This document shows, in pieces, positions 29,686 through 41,143 of a stretch of 64,000 nt of DNA. Below the pieces are notes generated by a model. That model was not told where the DNA came from, did not search any database, and was given only the letters and a program-made list of their open reading frames with translations. Numbering within the stretch: the stretch's first letter is position 1; each line of letters begins with the position of its first letter. Source of the stretch: an uncultured Chlamydiae bacterium (GTDB taxonomy: Bacteria > Chlamydiota > Chlamydiia > Chlamydiales > Parachlamydiaceae); assembly GCA_963754655.1 (NCBI GenBank), contig CAVWGN010000001.1, forward strand, positions 1,440,001-1,504,000, written 5' to 3'. The position numbers were made by a program, and so were the translations under genes.

Positions 29686-31944
29686 TTACATTCCCATGGC
29701 AATAAGTGAAGGGGCAAATGATATAAGATCAACATCCCATTGTTGATTATTTACCCATGCTGTTTCATCCATTGGTTGCAAATTCGTTTTGTCTTCTGCG
29801 ATAGAACCAAAGCCAATCTGAGCTGTTCGAAGATTGAAGTAGGCACAAAAGTAAATATTTTTATTCCCTATATTCCAATTGGTAAATGCAAATCGAATAG
29901 CAGATTGCTGGATGATCGTTTTTTCATTTTGAGGCAATACCTGCACAAGCAAGTCATCCAATAGAAGGGCTAGTTGGTTGGCTTGAGTGGAATTCAGATT
30001 GAGCAAAGAACAAATACCGGAGAGAAGATTTTGAGCGTAATTCTGAATAGTTAAAGATTGATTATTATTCAAACTGGTAATTAATTTATTAATGGCACTT
30101 AGATCAGTGAATATATCCAATAAGGCATTTAAACAAGCCTTAGCAAATGCTAGTTTAGTATTTGCATCAATCTGTTGAGTGGCAATCTTCATGCCAGGAA
30201 TGATAAGCATTTTCTGGATCCATTGAGTAGGACTCAACCCGCTTTTTTTATATGCCACAAGATCGGGGATAGTAGGGACAAAATTAAATGCATGCTGAGG
30301 ACTATTCATTGGGCAAAACTCTAGAGTCGTCTTTTTAGATAAATTTAAACACCAATTAATTAATGCTTGAGGATTGGCAACCGTAATGGTCTGGACATTA
30401 GATTCAAATGAGTGACCAGTATCGATGTCATTAACTTCATAGGGATTATCTCCATCGCAGCTTTGCATAGGTGTTCGGGGTAATGTCATGTAATGGGCGA
30501 CAGGATCTGGTTCTTGTTGGTTAAGAATGTCGTATGCCCAAAGAATCTCTCGAAGAAAAGTATCACTTTGTACAAATTGAATAAGTAGGTTAGCAATGTT
30601 TACAACGGAAGGAGATGTGCCAAGTAGGTCTTTAGTTAAGATAATGGCAGCTAAAACAAGTTCCCTAAAATCTTCAGGAGTAATTTTTAGGATTCCTATT
30701 AACGTTGGTTGATTAGGGATGCGCTGATAAAGTTGGAATCCTCTATTTGTAGAGCTGCCATCAGCAGAAACTTGAGGAAGAGGGATGTCTAGATTGTACA
30801 CAAGGCGATAGGAAGCGTTGAAAATTTCATTGAAAGCTTTTTGGAAATCACTACCAGCTGAACCCAAGGATTGCCAGATGCTTGCCATTACTGTTGCAAG
30901 ACAATCATTAATGTTGCTCCTTGTCGAATCTCGAGGTCTATCTTCTGCCATGCTTGCGAATGCACACTCAGTTCCTCGAAGGATAGGCTGATTGGTAAGA
31001 CTGCTAAAACCATAGAGTCCTTGTCTAATTAAATCGTCTTTATTGAGCTGAGAATGAGTGGAAGTGATGATGTCTGCCATAGCTTTAATCACTTGTGAAG
31101 CTGTGACTTGAAGGTGATCTGTTGAATGTCCTTGAAAAAGTAATTGGATAACTTGATTAGAAAGATGGGGGATTTGATCGCCTCCCATTAAGTGAGAAGC
31201 TGCAGCGAAGCCTGGAGCTTCAAATAGAAAAATATGCGCTCCTATGTAGCCAGACTTGTCAATTGTAAATGGTTGATTTTGATCCGTATCGGCAAGGATT
31301 GGCAAGAAGAAGAAATAATCATCGTGAGTATTGACCAAACGAGTAATAAATCCCTTTTGCACAATGTCTGCATAATCCCGAGCACTCTGAAGGAAATAGT
31401 TATTGTGATCACGAATTAAATCAGCTATAGCAAAGCAATTTCCCACTGGACCTTGGTTAACAGGAGCAAACAGGGCAGCTAAAACAGCGACTTTAGCATG
31501 ACGGTTAGTCACAACATCTTGTGGGCCTAAGCTGAATAAAGCTCGCAAAGCTAAATGAGCCACGCTTTTAGGATCTTGAGGTTTACTAATTTTGTCAAAA
31601 AATGTCTGCCAGGAATTGTCTAATACATCAAGTAATCGATCAATATTTCTTTCAGCTTCTTTAGGTTGTGAAGAGACAAAATAAGGCTTGACCATCTTGC
31701 ATAAATGAGCTTGAAATTGATCGTTAGCATCAAATAATAGATCTGCAAGGATAAGGGCCCGCCGCATTTCATAAGAAAGATCCGAATCTTGGATGCCTGC
31801 TTGAATTTGGAGATGATGGAATTGATTTAGTTCATTGATGGCATGTTGGATAGAATCTAACTCGGCCGCGTAGATTTTATTAGGCTGTGCAATGACAAAG
31901 CATATGATAAAAAAAGACATTAAAATTCGTTGTAATGCTTTCAT
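29686..31944 (-). CDS. Exported 752-aa protein with a possible papain/calpain-like Cys-protease signature
   Basis: AAGGAG ribosome-binding site, signal peptide (..KIYA), NQGPVGNCFA, later HAF and FTNW. Confidence 0.7.
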   Translation of the reverse strand: MKALQRILMSFFIICFVIAQPNKIYAAELDSIQHAINELNQFHHLQIQAGIQDSDLSYEMRRALILADLLFDANDQFQAHLCKMVKPYFVSSQPKEAERNIDRLLDVLDNSWQTFFDKISKPQDPKSVAHLALRALFSLGPQDVVTNRHAKVAVLAALFAPVNQGPVGNCFAIADLIRDHNNYFLQSARDYADIVQKGFITRLVNTHDDYFFFLPILADTDQNQPFTIDKSGYIGAHIFLFEAPGFAAASHLMGGDQIPHLSNQVIQLLFQGHSTDHLQVTASQVIKAMADIITSTHSQLNKDDLIRQGLYGFSSLTNQPILRGTECAFASMAEDRPRDSTRSNINDCLATVMASIWQSLGSAGSDFQKAFNEIFNASYRLVYNLDIPLPQVSADGSSTNRGFQLYQRIPNQPTLIGILKITPEDFRELVLAAIILTKDLLGTSPSVVNIANLLIQFVQSDTFLREILWAYDILNQQEPDPVAHYMTLPRTPMQSCDGDNPYEVNDIDTGHSFESNVQTITVANPQALINWCLNLSKKTTLEFCPMNSPQHAFNFVPTIPDLVAYKKSGLSPTQWIQKMLIIPGMKIATQQIDANTKLAFAKACLNALLDIFTDLSAINKLITSLNNNQSLTIQNYAQNLLSGICSLLNLNSTQANQLALLLDDLLVQVLPQNEKTIIQQSAIRFAFTNWNIGNKNIYFCAYFNLRTAQIGFGSIAEDKTNLQPMDETAWVNNQQWDVDLISFAPSLIAMGM

Positions 31945-32125
31945 AAAAACTCCTTATCATTAATTCCTACTCTCAACCTGATAGATGTTTTTCTTCGGGG
32001 CGAAAAAACTCAGGTTATCAATTAAACGAGTTCTACTTAATCAGGGTATTAATATCAAGAATTTTTTTATTAAAGATGGTAAGAAAAGAAAAAGAGACTA
32101 TCCGATCCGAGATCATTCAATAAGA

Positions 32126-32151
32126 AAGGCAGACTCCGAGGAGTCTGCCTT
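32126..32151 (-). terminator. Terminator hairpin downstream of omcB
   Basis: aaggcagactcc-ga-ggagtctgcctt. Confidence 0.6.
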
Positions 32152-32181
32152 AAAGAGAGCTATTCTATTGAATAGAGTCTC

Positions 32182-34105
32182 TTAGTTAACAATTAAGCTC
32201 TCTTCTTGCGTAATTGGATTCTTGATGAAATCCGAACTTATTTGAACTTTTGGACGTAGATCACCTCGGCCATTTGCCTTAACAGTGACATAATATTCCA
32301 AAGTCTGACGAGGAGCTATATTGGGGAATGGAACAAATGTGACTGTTTGGCCATTCACTTGAGCCGCTGATGCTCCAGAAGCATTGACTGGAACGAGCTC
32401 AGGTGGGAAGTTGACCACAACGTTAACATTTGAATCATATTCTTGTCCTTTGTTGATAACTACAATTCTGAAGCGAGTTGTTTCGCCTACACAAATTGGG
32501 TTATCAGAGCTTTCGATGCAAATATCGTAAGCAGGACGTCCTTTCCAGTGAGTTCCAAACTCACAGCAAGAGTTGCAAGCTTCACAATCTGTAACGGTCA
32601 CGTTGTTTGTAAAGAAGCCTGGAGTGCAAGTTGTCAATGTAATATTGAATGTGACTTTTTCTCCTGGTTTCAACTCTCTAAGTTTCCATACAGCTTGTTT
32701 GCCGCAGATATTAGCACCTGGAGCTGCAACAATAGATGTCGCAGATGGAGCTGTATCTGTTACAACCACTTCATGTAAGCTCTTATCACCTGTGTTAACA
32801 ACTGTGATTTGATAGTCAGCATTTTGGCCAACAGGAATTTCCTTTGGTCCAACTTTTTGACACTCTACTGCGCAGCAGCAAACACATGTGCAGAATTCAC
32901 AAGATGTTTGGTTAGCATTGCACGCAGACACAACTGCTGTATTACAGATCTTGCCACGCTTACAAGCCGTGACAGCGAAGTTGACTTTCTTCGTTTGGCA
33001 TGGCTCTAAGCTGCCAAGTTTGAAGTTAAGTGTTCTTTGACAGCTTGCATGTTCTACGCCATCTGGTAAAATATCGGAAACCACTACCTCTTCAGCTGTG
33101 CATGTTCCAACGTTTGTCACAGTAATGGTGTAGTTGATAGGATCGCCTGGGCATACTTCAAGTGGTCCACACTTTTCGCAAACGAGAACTGGTTTAGCAC
33201 AGAGTAATGCGCAGAAGGCAACAGGTGTTGCTTTAACGCAGAAGCATGTGCAGATATCCCCTTCTCTTTCACACTTCAGCCAAATTCTAGCTGGAATTGT
33301 TTGCCCTTTGCTGATGCTGCCAAATTGCCATGTCAAAACTCGACCTTCTACTCTTGCTTCAGGTTGGCTTCTCATGTAAGTGACGCCTTCTGGCAAAGTC
33401 GTTGTCAAAATGCACTTCGCAAACATCGCAGCAAGCTGTGATTTCAAGATCAAGTGGATATTGATCGCCCAACATACACATTCTTGGATTCTTAGCACGC
33501 ACAGTTACGCCATTGCAAGCACATTCGCCCGATGGACCGTATTTGCAAGGTTTCAGAGGTGCTGCACACTTAGGTGGGCACACTTCTGGGCAAGGTGGAG
33601 GACAGGGCGGTGCACATACTGGCTTGCAAGGAGGTGCGCATGGGGGTGGGCATATTGGCTTGCAAGGTTGTGGTGGGCATGGCTCACATGGCTGAGCGCA
33701 TGGTGCACATGGTTGAGGCCGTGGCCCACATGGTTGAGCACGTGGTGCGCATGGTTGAGGACGTGGTCCACATGGTGGTTGAGCGCATGGCCCGCATGGC
33801 TGAGAACCGAATTGTGGAGGGCATACCTCTTCACATTGCTGAGGACGTGGTCCACATGGTGGAGGACACTCCATTCTGCATGGCGGAGGACACTCCATTC
33901 TACATGGTGGAGGACATTCCATTCTGCAAGGTTCTTGACAAACAGGCTTGCATGGTTTAGGGCCACATACGGGCTGGCAAGGTTCACAAATTGGAGGGCA
34001 TGGTTCACAACAATCGTCACCGTAACTGTTGGAACAGCCTGTCCACAAGAGTGCCGAGACACCCAAAAAAAGCAACGAGGCTAATATTCCCAGTTGTTTT
34101 CTCAT
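32182..34105 (-). pseudogene. omcB: Large cysteine-rich envelope protein OmcB (DUF11 repeats), split by one frameshift near 33408 (real lesion or assembly error)
   Basis: Lipobox LWTGC, Cys/Pro-rich N terminus, DUF11 repeats (YTITVTNVG..AEEVVVSDILP; YQITVVNTGD). Removing one A from aaaa at 33407-33410 fuses the two ORFs into ..CEVHLTTTLPEGV.. (640 aa). Confidence 0.85.
33855..33926 (-). repeat. Three 24-bp tandem repeats encoding (R)MECPPPC within omcB
   Basis: catggtggaggacactccattctg x3 with few substitutions. Confidence 0.9.
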
Positions 34106-34427
34106 TAAAAGACTCCTTGTGTTATGGTCTTGTTTTTTTTTGTACGAATTTCTAGAAAATTTCCCCAAAATCTTAGTCGTTCGTGTCCGAGAGGTTATTC
34201 TTAAAACTGGAATTGCTTGCTTTAAGATCGCCTCTGAATAGGCACTCGGAAAAGCTAAAAGAGACGAATTCTATCTCTTTTGCCCACTCATGATTCATAT
34301 TTGGTTGCGAATGCATGGGTTTAACCTCTTTTCGCACTCAGATAAGATTCATTAGTCTTGTATGCACAATCGCTCTTTTCTCCTGATTGGGCTAAAGTCA
34401 CACTTTTTTTCTTCCTGCTGATACAAA

Positions 34428-34448
34428 CAGAGGGAATCACTCCCTCTG
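34428..34448 (-). terminator. Hairpin between omcA and omcB (probable partial terminator)
   Basis: cagaggga-atcac-tccctctg followed by TTTG on the minus strand. Confidence 0.55.
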
Positions 34449-34486
34449 CTTGTAGATTTTTACATCCTGTGGCATGCAAATTGCAA

Positions 34487-34687
34487 TTAATAGCAGCAGT
34501 TGTTGTTGTCATAGTATCTTGGTTCACACTTAGGTGGACAACATGGCTGTGGGCAACATGGTCTTGGCTCACAGCAGCGTGGTCTTGGTGGGCATGGCTC
34601 ACAGCAGCTATCGCGATCAGAGCAGCAGCTTGTCAAAGAGAGAGCCGAAGCAGCCATAAGAGCCAAGCCTAATAGTTTTTTCTTCAT
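34487..34687 (-). CDS. omcA: Small cysteine-rich outer-membrane lipoprotein OmcA
   Basis: AGGAG ribosome-binding site; lipobox LTSC followed by a Cys/Pro-rich mature peptide; upstream of omcB. Confidence 0.88.
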   Translation of the reverse strand: MKKKLLGLALMAASALSLTSCCSDRDSCCEPCPPRPRCCEPRPCCPQPCCPPKCEPRYYDNNNCCY

Positions 34688-35003
34688 ACATTACACTCCT
34701 GTTAATTTTTTTTAGAGTTTAAGGAATTTCAACAATTTGGTTGCGTTTCCTATTACCCCTTTAGATCGACTTTTCTTTTTCCTGATTGAATGAATTGATC
34801 AGGAGCCGATGAACAAAAAGGATTTATCTCCTTTTAAATACCCCTTGGGAAATAAATCTTCCAGAAGAATTTTCAGTAAAAAAGAGGGAAAGACGTTAAA
34901 AAAAAATTTAAGTGATTAATAATCAAAAAGATGTAGCTAATAATGGAAGAGTAAAAAAAATTCGCTCAAGGAAGGGCTGATGAGGAAAAAAGAATTAAAA
35001 ACA

Positions 35004-35864
35004 CTATAATGAATTTTTCAGTTTACCTTGCCATCCGAGCTTTTCTCTCAAAGTAAAGAAATAATCGTGACGCATGAGGGTGACAAGTTGAAAGCGGCGT
35101 TGAGAAACAAGAACATTAAATGTTTCTTGCGTAGCAAGTGTAAAGCTTGAAATACCATCATAAGAAATCTCAACCGGTAGGTAAGCACTAAGATATTTGA
35201 TTTGAATTTCACGCTTAGGCATAAGAACAATGGGACGATTGGAAATGGTATGGGGACAAATAGGTGTAATGACAAAAGCATCTAGCTCTGGAGTGAGTAT
35301 AGGTCCTCCTGCTGCTAAGGAATAGGCTGTTGAACCACTAGGAGTGGAGATGATGATGCCATCAGCTGAAAAAGTGTTGACATATCTGCTATCCACATAA
35401 ATGGCTAAATCAATAAGGCAAGGATTTTGTGCTCGATGGACAACAACTTCATTGACAGCAAAGCAACTATTGCCTTTGGAAGTGAATCCTTCCATCATCA
35501 TTCTTTTCTGAATCGTGTAATGCCCATCAACAAGATCTTGCAAACTTGGAAAAATGTCATCAAGGGGAATGTCGGCTAGAAATCCCAAGCTTCCCAAATT
35601 AATTCCCAATAAAGGAGCTTGCAGATGTGGATGGCGATGAATTAGGCGAAGGATAGTGCCGTCGCCTCCTAATGAAATGCGAAAGTCAATTTGGTTGATG
35701 TCTATTTCAATTAAAGACCGGGCGTCAATGAGAGAAGCAACTCGATCTTCAGCTACGACGTCCACTCCCTTGGTTTTTAAAAATTGGCAAACTTCAGTTG
35801 CAATTGTAAGAGAGCGGGGTTTCATTTCATTTGGAAATAACGCAATGATCATAAATTTTTCCAT
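35004..35864 (-). CDS. nadK: NAD kinase
   Basis: GGDGT, NLGSLGFL, NE, ADGIIISTPSGSTAYSLAAGGP. Start uncertain (35852, 35864 or 35885). Confidence 0.95.
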   Translation of the reverse strand: MEKFMIIALFPNEMKPRSLTIATEVCQFLKTKGVDVVAEDRVASLIDARSLIEIDINQIDFRISLGGDGTILRLIHRHPHLQAPLLGINLGSLGFLADIPLDDIFPSLQDLVDGHYTIQKRMMMEGFTSKGNSCFAVNEVVVHRAQNPCLIDLAIYVDSRYVNTFSADGIIISTPSGSTAYSLAAGGPILTPELDAFVITPICPHTISNRPIVLMPKREIQIKYLSAYLPVEISYDGISSFTLATQETFNVLVSQRRFQLVTLMRHDYFFTLREKLGWQGKLKNSL

Positions 35865-35918
35865 GTCACAAAGCCAAAGATTCACTTCTTAGGGCGTGTT
35901 TGCAGACACGCCAAGTCC

Positions 35919-37838
35919 TTATCCATTTGAACACAGGCCAAGAGGCCTCTTGGTCAAACTTCTCAAACCAAAATGCGCCATGATCTGCTTGACAATCTTC
36001 TCTGGAGTAAGTCCAATTTCATTTAGTAAATCTTGATGGCTGCCATGGTCTAAAAATGTTTCCGGAATTCCTAAATTGAGAACTTGAACGTTCGAATAAC
36101 CTTGGCGCATTAGAAAATGATTAAGAATGGCCCCCATGCCTGCGACGACGCTGTGTTCCTCAATTGTCACAATTTTTTGATGCGTCAGCAGAAGACGGCA
36201 AAGTAAATCCGCATCTAGAGGTTTGATAAAAACAGGATCTAAAACAGTTGCCTCAAATCCATGTTCGGCAAGCAAAGCTTGGGATTTTAGGGCAATGGCA
36301 TTCATATGGCCTAAGCCAATAAGAAGAATCTCTTGGCCTTCTACTAAAACTTCCCCTTTTCCTAATTCTCGCTCTTTGAGAGGTTCTTCAGCATCCTCTG
36401 TTGCCAAATTGGGATAGCGAATTGCCGTGGGTCTTTTCCAGCTAAAAGCAGATTCTAAAAGTTCTTTAAGAACTTGGCCATTGCGCGGCTGTGCAATGAT
36501 CATATTGGGCATGGCGTTTAAAAAGGAAATATCATAAATTCCATGATGCGTAGAACCATCAGGGCCCGAAATTCCCGCGCGGTCAATGGCAAAAACAACA
36601 GGGAGTTCTTGTAGGCAGATGTCATGAAAAACATTATCAAAAGCGCGTTGCAAAAAAGTGGAATAAATGGATGTGACGACTTTCATTTTATTTCCGTAGG
36701 CAATTCCCCCTGCGAAAGTCACAGCATGTGATTCAGCAATTCCAACATCCAAACAACGCTCGGGAAATTTTTTCATAAAATCATCTAGACAAGAGCCGCA
36801 AGACATGGCGGGGGTAACGGCAACGACGCTAGGATCTTTTTCTGCCATTTTGAGAATATGCGCGCCAAAAATTTTAGGGAATGTGGGTTTAGTGATTGGA
36901 GTAGGTAAAAATTTTCCGGTATCGCGACTAAAGGGACGCGCTCCATGATAAGAAATGGGATTTTTAATGGCCTCATCCATCCCTTCTCCTTTGCGCGTTA
37001 AGACGTGAATGATTACTGGCCAAGAGGATTCCTTAATCCCTTCCATGACATCAATAATTTTTTTGATATCGTGTCCATCAATTGGTCCAATATAAGAAAG
37101 TCCATATTGCTCAAAATAAGCTGCAGGACTTACTAAATTCTTCAAGGATTCTGTGATTTTGTGTCCATGTTGAGATAAAAGAGGTCCATAACTTGGGATT
37201 TTAGAAACGAAAGTATCAAGTTCTTGGTAAATTTTATTGGTTGTTGGATTGCTAAGAAGCCGACTAAGAATATGGGAAATGGCTCCCACATTTTTTGAAA
37301 TTGACATCGCATTGTCATTGAGAATGACAATAAAGCGCTTCAGATCTCGAGAAATATTATTGAGCGCTTCTAAAGTCAATCCACAAGTCAAGGTAGCATC
37401 TCCAATAATTGGAATGATGTACTCTTGCCTTTTTGTTAAATCGCGATTTTTGGCTACTCCTAATGCCAAAGAAAGAGCAGTTCCAGCATGACCGGCATGA
37501 AAATGATCATGTATAGATTCTTTGGGGTGGCAAAAGCCGCAAAGACCTTTAAATTGGCGGATTTGATGAAACCGGTCATTACGTCCGGTCAAAAGTTTAT
37601 GAACATAAGTTTGATGACTCACATCCCAAATGAATTTGTCTTCTGGGGAATTGAATACTTTATGCAAAGCAAGTGTGAGCTCAACGACTCCTAAATTAGA
37701 GGCTAAATGCCCTCCATTAACTGATAATACTTCAATAATACGGTGGCGGATTTCTGTTGCCAATTGTTGAAGCTCTGCAATAGATAGTTCTTTAATATCT
37801 TCTGGAGATTGAATAGTCGAAAGAATTTTTATTGTCAT
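35919..37838 (-). CDS. dxs: 1-deoxy-D-xylulose-5-phosphate synthase
   Basis: [18 protein letters not shown]...EALN...[25 protein letters not shown]. Confidence 0.97.
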   Translation of the reverse strand: MTIKILSTIQSPEDIKELSIAELQQLATEIRHRIIEVLSVNGGHLASNLGVVELTLALHKVFNSPEDKFIWDVSHQTYVHKLLTGRNDRFHQIRQFKGLCGFCHPKESIHDHFHAGHAGTALSLALGVAKNRDLTKRQEYIIPIIGDATLTCGLTLEALNNISRDLKRFIVILNDNAMSISKNVGAISHILSRLLSNPTTNKIYQELDTFVSKIPSYGPLLSQHGHKITESLKNLVSPAAYFEQYGLSYIGPIDGHDIKKIIDVMEGIKESSWPVIIHVLTRKGEGMDEAIKNPISYHGARPFSRDTGKFLPTPITKPTFPKIFGAHILKMAEKDPSVVAVTPAMSCGSCLDDFMKKFPERCLDVGIAESHAVTFAGGIAYGNKMKVVTSIYSTFLQRAFDNVFHDICLQELPVVFAIDRAGISGPDGSTHHGIYDISFLNAMPNMIIAQPRNGQVLKELLESAFSWKRPTAIRYPNLATEDAEEPLKERELGKGEVLVEGQEILLIGLGHMNAIALKSQALLAEHGFEATVLDPVFIKPLDADLLCRLLLTHQKIVTIEEHSVVAGMGAILNHFLMRQGYSNVQVLNLGIPETFLDHGSHQDLLNEIGLTPEKIVKQIMAHFGLRSLTKRPLGLCSNG

Positions 37839-38044
37839 AATGATGATCCTTAATGCTATAAAGTATTGAATCCTAAAACTTTTTAATCTTTTTAATATTG
37901 TATACTAAACTGAAAGAAAATCCAATTTGAAAGAGAGGTAGAGGAGAGGAACTTAGCGAAGGATGAGGCAGTGAGGCGGTTAAATTGAACTGTTGCGAAC
38001 CCTTGCCCGAGCTTTCGCTCAAGCCCAAACTTTACTATTTGAGT

Positions 38045-38323
38045 TCACTTCGATACATAATCTTGCATTAAAGGTCTTTCATCATTTCCAAGTGTTAATT
38101 CGCCATTGCGGTTTTTTACGATAATTTCAATTTTGCGCTCTGCATCATTTAGACGTTTATTACAAATGGCAATTAATTGATCTGCCTCTTCGTAAAGTTT
38201 AAGTGAATCATCTAAACTAATTGTGCCGGCATTAAGCTTTTCCAGAATTTCTTCCAAACGTGCAAATGCAGCTTCAAAACTAAGAGGAATAGATTCCTGT
38301 TCTTGAGTGAGATTCGCGTTCAC
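38045..38323 (-). CDS. xseB: Exodeoxyribonuclease VII small subunit
   Basis: [16 protein letters not shown]...[10 protein letters not shown]...C...L..AE.KI. Confidence 0.93.
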   Translation of the reverse strand: MNANLTQEQESIPLSFEAAFARLEEILEKLNAGTISLDDSLKLYEEADQLIAICNKRLNDAERKIEIIVKNRNGELTLGNDERPLMQDYVSK

Positions 38324-39812
38324 GTGTCGTTACTTCGTTGATTGTAATATTGACTTCACCATCAGACAATAAAAGTCTGGCTTGCTGTCCCTTTTCAAGC
38401 TTTGTTATTGAATTTATAACGAAAGAACTTTTTTCCGCAAATAGAATACTATATCCTTTTTGTAAAATATTTTTTGGATCAAGGGCTTTTAAGAGGTCGG
38501 ACAGATGAGAGAGCTTACGGCGGTAGAGCTTCAAATGATCATTTATTATCTGATTTACATGCTGCTTAAACTGCTCTTGATTAAAAAGGTGTCGTCTATA
38601 AGTTTGCTTGACTTGCCATAAATGATCAAGTTGCTGTCGTTTATGGGTGATCTTTTGTTGTTCTTTTCCAAGACGCTGGTCAAATTGTTGCTGTAAAATA
38701 CGCTCGCAAGTGAAAAAGCGCTGCTTGAAATAAGAAATTTGATTAGTGGGCTTTAGAGAGAAGGCTTGCTGGGATCGAGCTGTGAGTTGATGTTTTTTTA
38801 AATCCAGCAATTTCCGCTTTGCTTGCTCGATATTCAGTTTGTAGTCATCCAATTTTTGCATACGCCATTCAAGAAGGGTATAAGGATGACTGAAAATAGG
38901 GTGTTTAAACATCCCCTTCAAATGGAAAAGATGTTGCTGAATAAGATGTCTTAACGTTTGCTGGATACGTTTCCTTAAAACATTCAAATAATCCAGTTGC
39001 TGGTTTTTTTCAGCAATGACAATCTCAGCAGCAGCTGAAGGGGTAGGAGCACGAACATCTGCCACATAATCTGCGATGCAGTGATCTGTTTCATGTCCCA
39101 CTGCACTTATGATGGGAATACGGCTATGAAAGATTGCAGCCGCCACAATTTCTTCGTTAAATGCCCATAAATCTTCTAGGCTTCCTCCTCCTCGTCCAAC
39201 AATCATGACATCTACAAGTTGATAGCGATTAAACTGGTCAATGGCTTGAGCAATTTCATGGGCCGCTCCTTCACCCTGTACCTTCACAGGATTGAGAATC
39301 AGGTGAAAGCTAGAAAATCGCCGGCTGAGGACATTTAAAATGTCCTGAATCACTGCACCCGTTGGACTTGTCACAACTCCAATGCGGCGTGGAAAACGCG
39401 GTAAGAGCTTCTTATGCGTTGTTTTAAACCAACCCATTTGGTGAAGTTTGATTTTCAAGAGCTCTAACTTTTGCAAAAGTTCGCCTAAACCTACATAGGC
39501 TAGCTCGCGAACGATGAGTTGATAATTTCCTTTAGGTGGATAAACATTCAGTTCTCCTTTGATGATGACCTGATCACCACCCTTAGGCATGATTTTGAGG
39601 AAAGAGGCTTCAGCTCTAAACATGACGGCAGTAACCTGAGCATGAGCATCTTTGAGAGAGAAATACAAATGGCCAGAAGTTTGAATCTTAAAATTGCTGA
39701 TTTCTCCTTGCAGATGAATACAAGGAAAAGTCGACTCTAAACTCAATTTAATAGCATTTGTCAGTTGTGAAACAGTAAGAGGGGGCAAGTTTTGCGCATG
39801 TGAGAGATTCAT
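38280..39812 (-). CDS. xseA: Exodeoxyribonuclease VII large subunit
   Basis: [46 protein letters not shown]. Confidence 0.96.
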   Translation of the reverse strand: MNLSHAQNLPPLTVSQLTNAIKLSLESTFPCIHLQGEISNFKIQTSGHLYFSLKDAHAQVTAVMFRAEASFLKIMPKGGDQVIIKGELNVYPPKGNYQLIVRELAYVGLGELLQKLELLKIKLHQMGWFKTTHKKLLPRFPRRIGVVTSPTGAVIQDILNVLSRRFSSFHLILNPVKVQGEGAAHEIAQAIDQFNRYQLVDVMIVGRGGGSLEDLWAFNEEIVAAAIFHSRIPIISAVGHETDHCIADYVADVRAPTPSAAAEIVIAEKNQQLDYLNVLRKRIQQTLRHLIQQHLFHLKGMFKHPIFSHPYTLLEWRMQKLDDYKLNIEQAKRKLLDLKKHQLTARSQQAFSLKPTNQISYFKQRFFTCERILQQQFDQRLGKEQQKITHKRQQLDHLWQVKQTYRRHLFNQEQFKQHVNQIINDHLKLYRRKLSHLSDLLKALDPKNILQKGYSILFAEKSSFVINSITKLEKGQQARLLLSDGEVNITINEVTTRERESHSRTGIYSS

Positions 39813-40659
39813 AAAGTTGATAAAATGAAGCTGCTGAAGCGTTGTAAAAAAATTTTAATTTAATTTGTGAAATTATCTTCAACTAGGGAATTCAAGCCAA
39901 GAGAAATTTTCTTTGCCCACATTTATGTTAAGGCAGTCTAGTACTCAACCACATGAGTTTTTGCCTAGTGGGATGGTTTTAAATCGCTATGCGTTAAGGT
40001 AAGAGATGGGTGTAGGCTACGCGACGCATTCAGTCGCCCGCCGCTTCGCTCTGGGCTTTAGGTGAGGGGATATGGATCCACCGTTCGGTCGCCCTCCGGG
40101 CTCGGTTACGGTGGGCTAGGATCAGTCGTCCTCTGGACTCTAGCAGCAATGTAGAAGCCATTGAATGTTAGGTAAGATGTTTAGAATGCTAGGCGAGGCG
40201 TTTTGATCATGCCGCTAGAGTCCGGAGGACGACTGATCCTAGCCCACCGTCGGGACTTAACAAAGAACTGTTTTAGGCTTGATATTCGTCCCGTCAATTT
40301 AACAATACTGCTCCTGTAATAGACTTTAGAGGCATATTTCCCGAAAATGACGCGAAAAACATCAAAGCCCAAAATAGTTCTTTTTTCAGTCCCGGCCATA
40401 CGCTAGGAACGAAATACTTCTGGCAAACTCTAGAAGCTAAATTTGTCGCTCAAGCGGCGTGAGCCGCGCATGGATAGTAGCCGTGGGTGTAGGCGAAGCC
40501 GGAACCCACGGTGTATGGTAAAAAAAATGAAGCCACGTTAGTGGCGTAGGAAATGTGATGGTGGAGCAATGTTTATTTAAACGAATGCTACGCCACTAAC
40601 GCGGCTCAAATTTTTTTTGTGGGTAACCGTGGGTTTCGGCTTGCGCCTACACCCACGGC

Positions 40660-40802
40660 CGGGACTTAACAAAGAACTGTTTTGGGCTTGATATTCGTCC
40701 CGTCAATTTAACAACACAGCGCCTGTAATAGACTTTAGAGGTATATTTCCCGAAAATGACGCGAAAAAAATCAAGCCCAAAACAGTTCTTTGTTAAGTCC
40801 CG
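40660..40802. repeat. Family E MITE (~143 bp, ~33-bp terminal inverted repeats); other copies at 40251-40394, 41314-41457 and 41571-41711 (inverted)
   Basis: Terminal repeat cgggacttaacaaagaactgttttgggcttgat and a conserved internal sequence. Confidence 0.9.
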
Positions 40803-40810
40803 GCCATAAG

Positions 40811-41143
40811 CTAGGATCGAAATGCTTCCGGCAAACTCCAGAAGCTAAATTTGTCGCTCAAGCGGCGTTAGCCGCGCATGGATAGTAGCCGTGGGTGTAG
40901 GCGAAGCCGGAACCCACGGTGTATGGTAAAAAAATGAAGCCACGTTAGTGGCGTAGGAAATGTGATTGTGGAGCAATGTTTATTTAAATGAATGCTACGC
41001 CACTAACGTGGCTCAAATTTGTTTTGAGGTTAACCGTGGGTTTCGGCTTGCGCCTACACCCACGGCTACTATCCATGCGCGGCTAACGCCGCTTGAGCGA
41101 CAAATTCAGCTTGTGGAGTTTGCCGGAAGCATTTCGATCCTAG
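40811..41143. repeat. Family F CTAG-bounded palindrome with REP-like triple hairpins; second, interrupted copy starts at 40403
   Basis: ctaggatcgaaatgcttccggcaaactcc...ggagtttgccggaagcatttcgatcctag; inner hairpins gcggcgttagccgc, ccgtggg..cccacgg, gccacgttagtggc. Confidence 0.88.

Noticed and set aside
33380..34672. Trp/Arg- or His/Val-rich ORFs overlapping omcB and omcA
   Set aside because: Shadow frames of the Cys/Pro repeat coding sequence.
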